Notes under the pieces: generated by a model
What the model was told of the DNA's origin: nothing
The model's input: only the letters and a program-made list of their open reading frames with translations
Databases searched by the model: none
Part shown: positions 1 through 7,681 of the stretch, in pieces
Layout of the letters: every line of letters begins with the position of its first letter
How positions within the stretch are numbered: position 1 is the stretch's first letter
Source of the DNA: an uncultured Verrucomicrobiae bacterium
Lineage (GTDB): Bacteria > Verrucomicrobiota > Verrucomicrobiia > Chthoniobacterales > Chthoniobacteraceae
Direction: 5' to 3'
DNA: 64,000 nucleotides
NCBI GenBank assembly: GCA_963769025.1
Contig: CAVYKI010000003.1
Location: 32,001-96,000, forward strand
Translations under genes and position numbers: made by a program

Positions 1-1785
1 GCGATTCTTGCGCTTTCGCCCCTTTCCGCGGGCCGACTGTCGGCGGCGGAGACCGAGCCTCCGCTCCCCGACCGCTGGCAGCCGAATGAAAGCGAGCGCG
101 CTCTGCTCGGGGATTTCGAGGGCGAGGCCGCGAGGATCAGTCCCAAACCGCGGCGCTTTCCCACCACGCCCGCTCCGGAACGCATCCCGGGCGACTTTTC
201 GCCGTGGTGGCTCCGCGGCCAGACGAACAGCATCGGCAACAGGACCAACCGCCAGAATGTGACGCTGGAGGACCTCTACCTCAGCGCGATCCGCAACTCG
301 ACGCAGATCCGCGTTTTCGGCGACCTCCCGGTGATCCGCGAGACGGGCATCCGCGAGGCGAAGGGCGCGTTTGACACGAATGCGTTCATCCAGACGCAAT
401 TCGAGCGCACGAACGATCCGGTCGGCAACATCCTCACCACCGGCGGCGCCGACCGGTTCAAGCAGGACGAGTGGTCCATCGAGGCCGGCCTGAAGAAGAA
501 GCTCGTCACCGGCACCGAGGTGCAGCTCACGCAAAAGCTCGGCCAGGTGAAGAACAACTCGATCTACTATTCCCCGAATCCCCAATCGACGGCGAAGCTC
601 GAACTGAGCATCACGCAGCCGCTGCTGAAAGGCGCGGGCACCGGCTACAATCGCGCGATCATCGAAATCGCGAAGGTGGATTCCGAGGTCGCGATGGCCG
701 AATTCATCCGCCAGACCGAAAGCCACCTCCAGGAAATCGCGCGCACCTACTGGACGCTCTACGCGGCGCGCGTCACCTACCTGCAAAAGCTGAAACTCCT
801 CGAGGAAACCGGCAAGCTCGCCGACGAGGTGAAGGGGCGTTCCAAGATCGACGCGCAGGGCTCGCAGCTTTTCCGCGCGCAGAGCGCCGTCGCTTCGCGA
901 AAGGCGGATCTCATCCGTTCCGAGGCCGCCATCCGCAACGCGCAGGATCGCCTCCGCGCACTCACCAGCGACCCGCGGCTCTCGTCGGGCGCGGACGTCG
1001 AACTCATCCCGCGCGACCGCCTCGTGCTGAATGGCGAGATGGTGAACGCCCAGCAGGCCGCCCAGACCGCACTCGGCGCGCGGCCCGAGATCAACCAGGC
1101 CTTCAACCAGCTCCGCGCCGCGACCATCCGCGAAAAGATGAGCAAGAACGAGCTGCTGCCCGAGCTGAACCTCTTCCTCAAAGGCAGCCTCGGCGGGCTC
1201 GACAACGGCGACTTTGGCTCCGCCTACGGCCGCGAATACACCACCGGAAGCCCCGGATGGACCGCCGGCATCATGCTCAGCATCCCGCTGGAGCATAACA
1301 CCGCCCGCGCCCGCCATGAGCGCCGCCGGCTCGAAGTCCGCCAGCAGGTGGACCAGGTCCGGACGACGGTGGACAGCGTGCTGCTCGAAGTGAAAATCAG
1401 CGTCCGCGAAGTCGGCACCTCCTACCGCGAGGCGCTCGCAAAATACGCCGCCGTCAACGCCTACGCCGAGGACATCGCGACCCTCGACGCACGCCGCAGC
1501 GTGCAGCCGTTCGACAATCAGATCCAGACCACCGACTACATCGACCGCATGCTCGACGCGCAGGATCGCCGAGCGCGCGCCGAGGAGGAATTCATCCAGG
1601 CCGCCGCCGAATACCAGGTCTCGCTCGTCAATCTCCAGCGCTCAAAGGGCATGCTGCTCAGCTACGAAGGCATCCGCGTCGTCCGCGACCGCGACGAAAA
1701 CAACCTGCCGCTCCTCCGCCTCGAAAAGGGCGCCGGCGAAGGCAAGGCCGTCAACGACGGAAAGCGACTCATCCAACGCGACTGA
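1..1785 (+). CDS. TolC-family outer membrane efflux protein (5' partial)
   Basis: Frame 1 is open from base 1 (AILALSPLSAGRLSAA, the tail of a signal peptide) into ORF 259..1785. OEP-like features: SITQPLL, LLPELNL, MLSIPL and long amphipathic helices. Confidence 0.85.
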   Translation, partial: AILALSPLSAGRLSAAETEPPLPDRWQPNESERALLGDFEGEAARISPKPRRFPTTPAPERIPGDFSPWWLRGQTNSIGNRTNRQNVTLEDLYLSAIRNSTQIRVFGDLPVIRETGIREAKGAFDTNAFIQTQFERTNDPVGNILTTGGADRFKQDEWSIEAGLKKKLVTGTEVQLTQKLGQVKNNSIYYSPNPQSTAKLELSITQPLLKGAGTGYNRAIIEIAKVDSEVAMAEFIRQTESHLQEIARTYWTLYAARVTYLQKLKLLEETGKLADEVKGRSKIDAQGSQLFRAQSAVASRKADLIRSEAAIRNAQDRLRALTSDPRLSSGADVELIPRDRLVLNGEMVNAQQAAQTALGARPEINQAFNQLRAATIREKMSKNELLPELNLFLKGSLGGLDNGDFGSAYGREYTTGSPGWTAGIMLSIPLEHNTARARHERRRLEVRQQVDQVRTTVDSVLLEVKISVREVGTSYREALAKYAAVNAYAEDIATLDARRSVQPFDNQIQTTDYIDRMLDAQDRRARAEEEFIQAAAEYQVSLVNLQRSKGMLLSYEGIRVVRDRDENNLPLLRLEKGAGEGKAVNDGKRLIQRD

Positions 1786-1919
1786 CGGCCCGCAGCGCAG
1801 CCCTCCCATAGCTGCGATCCGTCGGCGACACAGCCTCGGGCGCCTGCGAAGATCGCGACGGGTGGCGGAAAACCGGCCTTTCCTCCGCATCGAAAACCGC
1901 ATCACCTCCGAGCTTTCCC

Positions 1920-3820
1920 GTGTTCCACCTCGCCGGCATTTTCTCCCACGGCTCCAGCGCTTCCTCGACGCGCCGCCATTTCTCCGCCGCGGTGGAATCG
2001 ATCGGTCGCGCGGCAGCGCTCCACTCCGGCGAAAGTGACACGCGCCTGCGCGAAACCGCGGAGGCACTCCGCAAGGAAGCCCGCAGCCGCACGCCTGCGA
2101 AGGATTTCCCCATCCGCGCCATCGCGTTGATCTCCGAGTCCATCCGCCGCACGCGCGCACTGTCCACGTACGACTGCCAGTTCATGGCCGCCCTCGCGCT
2201 CACCGAAGGACACATCGCCGAAATGGCCACCGGCGAAGGCAAGACACTCGTCGCATTGCTGCCCGCATTCGTCTTCGCACTGCAAGGCCGCGGCGCGCAC
2301 ATCTCGACGGTGAACCCCTACCTCGCCGCGCGCGACCGCGAGTTCGCGCTGCCCGCATTTGAACTGCTCGGCATCAGCGTCGGCCTGGTCGAAGAACGCG
2401 CCGGCAAATCCGCAAAGCGCGCGGCGTACGCAGCCGACGTGACATACGGCGTCGGCACGGAGTTTGGCTTCGACTACCTCCGCGACCAACTCGCAATCCG
2501 CGATGCAGGCTCCGCGCGGCATCCCTCCTTTCACGAAATCCTCCTCGGCGCCCCACGACCAAAACCCGACACCGTCCAGCGCGGACACGCCTTCGCGATC
2601 ATCGATGAGGCCGACAGCATCCTCATCGATGAAGCCCGCAGCCCGCTCATCATCTCCCTCGGTGAAAGCCGCCCCTGCTCCGAGCCCGCCCCCTACCTCC
2701 TCGCCGACCGCCTCGCGACCACGCTGCGCGCAGGCGAGAATTTCGAAGCGCCATCCCCCGGCGCTCGCTTGACCCTCACCGACTCCGGCCGCGGCCGCGC
2801 GTACTCCGCGCTCACCGAGGAAGCGCTCCCTCACCTGCGCCGCGTGTGGACGCATTACGTCGAGCAGGCGCTCCACGCGCGGCACCGCCTCCAGCGCGAT
2901 GTCCACTACATCGTCGCTGACGGGAAAGTGATCATCGTGGATGAATTCACCGGACGTCCCTGCCCGGATCGCACGTGGCGCGAAGGCCTGCACCAGGCCG
3001 TCGAGACGTCCGCCGCCGCGGAGATCACCGAGGAGAATGCAAGCGAGGCGACCATCACGCGCCCCGCGTATTACCGCATCTACAATCACGTCTGCGGCAT
3101 GACCGGCACCGCATCCGAAGCCGCCCCGGAACTCCGCGAGGCCTACCACCTCGGCGTCCGCGTCGTCCCGCTCAACGTCCCGTGCCACCGCACGGAACTG
3201 CCCGATCGCGTTTTTACGGATCGCAAATCCAAGCTCATCGCCGTCGTCGAGGACATCGCCGCGCGGCAGCGGAAAGGCCAGCCCGTCCTCGTCGGCACGC
3301 GCACCGTGGCAAACAGCGAGGAACTCGCCGCGCTGCTCGCTGCGCAAAATTTTCCAGCGCGACTCCTCAACGCAAAGCAGGACGCAGACGAGGCCGAAAT
3401 CATCGCGCAGGCCGGCGCACCAGGCACCGTGACCATCGCGACCAACATGGCCGGGCGCGGCGCGCACATCCCGCTCCCCGCGGAAAGCGAACGCGCCGGC
3501 GGCCTCCACGTGATCGGCCTCGAACGCCACGAGAGCGCGCGCATTGACCGCCAGCTCATCGGCCGCGCCGCACGCCAGGGCCAGCCCGGCAGCGCACAGT
3601 TTTTCCTCTCACTCGAAGACGACCTGCTCCATCGCCACGCACCTTCCGTCGCCGCGAAACTCACACGCACCCGCGCCACACCATCCGGCGAACTGCCCGC
3701 CGAAACCGCCGTGCATTTTCTCCGCGTACGCAACGCAAGGTGGAGCAAATGGATCGCATCAACCGCCGCGCCCTCGCCGCATACGACAAATGGCTCGATG
3801 AACTCAAAACGGCTCTCTGA
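1920..3820 (+). CDS. Short SecA paralog (SecA DEAD-like ATPase, ~630 aa), probable frameshift near 3730
   Basis: SecA motifs IAEMATGEGKT, IIDEADSILIDEARSPLIIS, GMTGTA, ATNMAGRG and RHESARIDRQLIGRAARQGQPG. A shifted frame after ~3730 gives QRKVEQMDRINRRALAAYDKWLDELKTAL* with TGA at 3818-3820. Confidence 0.85.
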
Positions 3821-4514
3821 AATCCTTGCGTTCGCGCTCGCATTGCTGCCCGCCACCGCACACGCCGACGTGCCCGGCTATACGGAGCCTTACAAGACGA
3901 TCACCGTCAGCGCAGCCGAGGCCGGTGTCATCGCCGAACTGCCCGTCGAGGAAGGCACGCAGGTGAAGAAAGGCCAGATCCTCGCGAGGCTCGATGTCGC
4001 GCAGCTCGAAGCCGAGCTGGAGATCGCAAAAATCCAGTCCGAGCTTCAGCGCACCAAGGCCGAGCGTATCGAGGAACTCGCACGCAGCCAGCGTGCCGCC
4101 CGTGAAGAGCTGGAGCGCGCCCGCGCCGACATCAAAATCCGCGATGCGGAAATCCGGAAAATCCAGGCCGGCATCGACACGCGCACGATGCGCAGCCCCG
4201 TGGACGGCATCGTCACCGAACTCAAGCGCCACCCGAGTGAGGCCGTCTCGCTGTCGAATCCTCACGTCCTTACCGTGGTGCAAATTGACCGCCTCATCGT
4301 GAATCTTTTCCTCCCGCCCAAGCGCGTGGAGAAGCTCACAGTCGGCAGCAGCGCCATCCTCGCACTCGGAGAGAATCCGCAGCGCGTCCCCGCCACCGTC
4401 GAGTTCATCTCACCCGTCACCGACGCCGCTAGCGGCACCGTCCGCGTGAAATTCGTGCTCGATAACTCCGCCGGAAAACTCCGCAGCGGAGTCACCGTCC
4501 TGCTCGCGGATTAG
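3798..4514 (+). CDS. Efflux RND/HlyD-type periplasmic adaptor (membrane fusion protein)
   Basis: Own ATG at 3798 with signal peptide MNSKRLSEILAFALALLPATAHA. Lipoyl half-motifs GVIAELPVEEGTQVKKGQILARL and RSPVDGIV, a coiled coil, and FISPVTDAASGTVRV. Confidence 0.85.
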   Translation: MNSKRLSEILAFALALLPATAHADVPGYTEPYKTITVSAAEAGVIAELPVEEGTQVKKGQILARLDVAQLEAELEIAKIQSELQRTKAERIEELARSQRAAREELERARADIKIRDAEIRKIQAGIDTRTMRSPVDGIVTELKRHPSEAVSLSNPHVLTVVQIDRLIVNLFLPPKRVEKLTVGSSAILALGENPQRVPATVEFISPVTDAASGTVRVKFVLDNSAGKLRSGVTVLLAD

Positions 4515-4589
4515 AACCTGTCTTTCATTTTGGCAGCACAGCCCGCATAGGGCCAAAGGCCCGCCCATGGGGCATGACAGGCTTTTGGC

Positions 4590-7500
4590 TCAGGGGGTGA
4601 GGTTGCGGAAGTAGATGGTGCGGAAGCGCACTTCGTCGTCCTCGGGCTCGGGGGTGCCGCGGTTGTCGTGGTAACGCTCGACGACGGCCTGCTGGCGCTG
4701 CTCGGCGGTTACGATGAACTGGCCGTTCGGCGTCTGGCGGAGGGCCTGGCCGATAGTGTAGACGCCGAAGACATTGCCACGCGCAGTGATGAGGCTGGCG
4801 ACGTCGCGCACGAGGTCCTCGCTTTTCTCTCCGGCATCGGCGACGCCCTTGATCTCGCAGATCTCGCCGGGGGTGTCGAAGGCGTTGGGCTCGGTCGCGG
4901 TCGGGCTCACTTTCCACGGGTAGCCGTACACCTTTCCCTTGTTCGAGCCGGTGGCGAGGGTGCGGCTGAAAATGTTCGCGGCGATGGTCTCGGCGATCGC
5001 GGCAGTCCCGGGCGCAGGGAGATTGGAGGATCCGGTGAAGAGCGCCACCAGCCCGCGGTTGCGGATGAGCGTGGGGAACGGATCCACGTGGGAATTGACA
5101 TTGATGCGCCCGCCGACGGCGGTGCCGTGCGGGGTGAAGATGGCCTCGGGACCCGTCACGCCGGCGCTCGGCGCGGCGAAGAGATCCATGAATGCCCAGT
5201 CGGGCAGCGTCTTGGCGTCGGGATAGTTGTTCGGCTGGAGGCGGATGGTTCGCCACGGGATGCTGCCGACCTTGGCGTCGTTGCCGGTGTGGATGTAGCC
5301 GAGCTCGGCGATGGACGTGACGCGGCCGTTGTCGTGCGTGGGGTCGTTGCTCCCGATGCCCTTCGGCGGCGGCATGTAGAGGCTGTAGTCGGAGACCTTG
5401 CCATTTTCGTCGGTGTCCTGCTGCGGCTTTCCGGCGGGCGACTTTGTCGGCGCGAGACCGATGGTGGAGACGGAGTTCAGGCTGCCAAAGGTGTTCCTGC
5501 CATTCTTGTTCAGGACCCAGTCGCTCGGGTGGATGTTGCACCGCGGGTCATCCACTTCGATGGACACCATGTTGTCGATGGTCGTGCTGGCGGGGTCGCT
5601 GGTCTTGTAGTTGATGTTGCCGACCTGCGTGCCGATGTTCACGCGGGGCCAGCGGTTCAGGTCGCCGGCGAGCAGGCCGTCGGAACCGGTGAGGCCGTTG
5701 TAGAGCGCGCCGCGGGTGGCGATGGTCGTGCGGTCGGCGTACTTTTTGTCGCGGTAAAAGGTCGCGGTGACGGTGACGTATTTGCCGGCATTGAGCGTGG
5801 TGCCGTTCGGCCCCTCCCCGCCCTGCACGTCGGCCTTGAAGATGCGCACCGCGTTCGTGCCGTGATTTTCCATGAGCACCATCTGGCCGTTCGGGCTCTT
5901 GTAATAGTACTTCGCCGACTTCGGATCGCGCGTCTCGGTGGCGGTGATGAACCAGCCCGTGGAGGTGGTCGCGGGCTTCGCGATCAGGTCGGGCACGAGG
6001 TCGATACCGACATTTTCAAAGCCATACTTCGGCGGGAGGTAGAGCTCGGTCTTGAAGTAGCACTTGTAGAGCTGCGCCGGCGCGCCGCTGGAGTCATTCG
6101 GCCAGCCGGGGGGCTTCGGAGTGGGCGGGTCGGAAGCATTGGCTTCGATCCAGAATCCCATCTCGGTGATGTATGGCGCGCGGCAGATGCCCTGGTAGGA
6201 GTTCGCCGCGCCGTAGGTGTAGCTGGGATGCAGCGTGAACTTGTCCTTGTTGTCGCCCGAGGCATTCGGCGGCCCGATGGCAAAGCGCAGCGGGGCGATG
6301 ATCTGCGTCTGCGATTCCTTGGCGCGGACGTAGTCGATGATGTTCACCGCGATCTGCCCGAGGCGGCCGTCGGAGTCCGGCGTGCCGGGGTAGTATTTGT
6401 CCTTGAAGCTGACGCCCGGCGCGAGCGGCCAGTTCTTGCGGCTGATGTAGTCCATGAGCATGCGGACGACGGCATCGAGCTTGTTCGGGACGAGCGGGGC
6501 TTTGCTCAGGACGCCGTTCGCATTTGTCCAGTCCGGCTGCCCGCCGGCGAGATGCTCGAGGATGCCGGGGTCGGGGTTTGCGGGCGCATTCGGATCGCTC
6601 GCGCCTTTCTCCCGCACGATGTCGAGGAACTTGCGGGCATAGGTGCCGTCGGCGTTCTTCGGCACGAGTTTGGGATTCATCGTGAGGAGGATGCGGTCTT
6701 CGCCGAAGAACGTGGTGTCCGGGTCGTGGTTGAAATGGGTGAGCTCGAATTTGTTGTAGTCGAGCACGCGCGCGATTTCGGGGCTCACCTGCCGCGCGTC
6801 GGCGAAGGAATTGAAGAAGCGGCCGGGCGTCTTCGCGGTCCAGTTATGCAGCGAGTCCGCGAGGAACTCCGTGAGCGGCGCGCCCGTGCTGACCGTGAGC
6901 GCCATGAGATTGATGCGGCTCGGGTGCGCCGCCGGGGCGTCGTTGGAGTTCGACGCGATGGTGCTCGCGGTGTTCCGCTTCCACGCGAGGTTGTAGTTGA
7001 TCCGGCTGCTCTCGTCGTCGGTCCAGTAGGCGAAGCGCCCGACGATGGGGTTGGCCTTGTTGGTGCGGCTTGGCGTTTCGATGGGCAGGCCGCTGGCATC
7101 GAGGTCGGTGCCGCCGTTCTTGCGCACGTAGATCCAGCGCAGCTTCATCTGCGCCGGAGCGCCGGTCGTGGCATCGCGACGGTCGGTGATCAGGTAAGTC
7201 GGCGGGTTCTGATCCGTCAGCGTCTGCACATTCAGCTCGGCAGGCTCGAGGTCCAGCCGTGCGTCCTGCGTGGCGAGAAAGCTCGTGCTCGGCGCGCCGC
7301 TCGAGAGCGGGATCTGCCTGCGCAATTGCTTCGGATCGGCGGGCGGCGGGTCCGGCACGATCAATGCGCCGGGCTGGCTGCTCCAGTTGCGGTCCGGGTC
7401 CGTCGTCTCGCGCCGGAGGATGGCGACGACGCTCTCGACGCCGTCGCGAGCCAGCGCCGTCGCGCGCATGCGCTCAAAGTGACTGCCCGCGGTGCTGCGC

Positions 7501-7613
7501 TCGGTCCGCGCGCTGCCGAGATAGCCGAGTGTGACGACGGAAATCAGCACGACGAAGAACAGCGCGATGATGAGCGCGGCACCGCGTTTCCGAGGATGGC
7601 GGGAGGGATTCAT
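4590..7613 (-). CDS. Verru_Chthon cassette protein A-like (GspK/PilX-like large pseudopilin), copy 2
   Basis: 1007 aa. Leader RKRG^AALIIAL lacks Glu+5. Contains GRFAYWTDDESSRINYN, WRTIRLQP, LPDWAFMDLF, GRINVNS and RGNVFGVYTIGQ. Confidence 0.8.
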   Translation of the reverse strand: MNPSRHPRKRGAALIIALFFVVLISVVTLGYLGSARTERSTAGSHFERMRATALARDGVESVVAILRRETTDPDRNWSSQPGALIVPDPPPADPKQLRRQIPLSSGAPSTSFLATQDARLDLEPAELNVQTLTDQNPPTYLITDRRDATTGAPAQMKLRWIYVRKNGGTDLDASGLPIETPSRTNKANPIVGRFAYWTDDESSRINYNLAWKRNTASTIASNSNDAPAAHPSRINLMALTVSTGAPLTEFLADSLHNWTAKTPGRFFNSFADARQVSPEIARVLDYNKFELTHFNHDPDTTFFGEDRILLTMNPKLVPKNADGTYARKFLDIVREKGASDPNAPANPDPGILEHLAGGQPDWTNANGVLSKAPLVPNKLDAVVRMLMDYISRKNWPLAPGVSFKDKYYPGTPDSDGRLGQIAVNIIDYVRAKESQTQIIAPLRFAIGPPNASGDNKDKFTLHPSYTYGAANSYQGICRAPYITEMGFWIEANASDPPTPKPPGWPNDSSGAPAQLYKCYFKTELYLPPKYGFENVGIDLVPDLIAKPATTSTGWFITATETRDPKSAKYYYKSPNGQMVLMENHGTNAVRIFKADVQGGEGPNGTTLNAGKYVTVTATFYRDKKYADRTTIATRGALYNGLTGSDGLLAGDLNRWPRVNIGTQVGNINYKTSDPASTTIDNMVSIEVDDPRCNIHPSDWVLNKNGRNTFGSLNSVSTIGLAPTKSPAGKPQQDTDENGKVSDYSLYMPPPKGIGSNDPTHDNGRVTSIAELGYIHTGNDAKVGSIPWRTIRLQPNNYPDAKTLPDWAFMDLFAAPSAGVTGPEAIFTPHGTAVGGRINVNSHVDPFPTLIRNRGLVALFTGSSNLPAPGTAAIAETIAANIFSRTLATGSNKGKVYGYPWKVSPTATEPNAFDTPGEICEIKGVADAGEKSEDLVRDVASLITARGNVFGVYTIGQALRQTPNGQFIVTAEQRQQAVVERYHDNRGTPEPEDDEVRFRTIYFRNLTP

Positions 7614-7623
7614 CGCCCGTTGA
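7350..7623. repeat. Direct repeat: 5' end of A2, closely matching 10264..10537 (5' end of A1)
   Basis: The first 88 aa differ at 6 positions; 7561-7610 and 10475-10524 differ at 3 of 50 nt. The 3' ends (about 4590-4780 and 7678-7870) are also similar. Confidence 0.9.
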
Positions 7624-7681
7624 GAAGCACGGTGAGCCCCCTCCCGCTCGGGCGGCGGACAATGGCCGGGGGCGGGTTCAT
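7610..7681 (-). pseudogene. 23-aa remnant ORF MNPPPAIVRRPSGRGLTVLLNGR, a probable internally deleted prepilin gene
   Basis: Its ATG overlaps the A1 stop and its TGA overlaps the A2 start (ATGA at both ends). Basic leader followed by G-L-T. The last 14 nt (TCAACGGGCGATGA) are identical to the end of cassette gene C. Confidence 0.55.

Noticed and set aside
1920..4514. 864-aa SecA-MFP fusion protein in the ORF track
   Set aside because: The junction peptide looks out of frame, a shifted frame gives a natural helical SecA ending at 3820, and the MFP has its own ATG and signal peptide. An indel near 3730 is more likely.
7655..7669. 15-mer GCGGACAATGGCCGG also present at 57420-57434
   Set aside because: A single 15-nt match is plausible by chance in 64 kb of GC-rich DNA; at most a weak promoter-like element.
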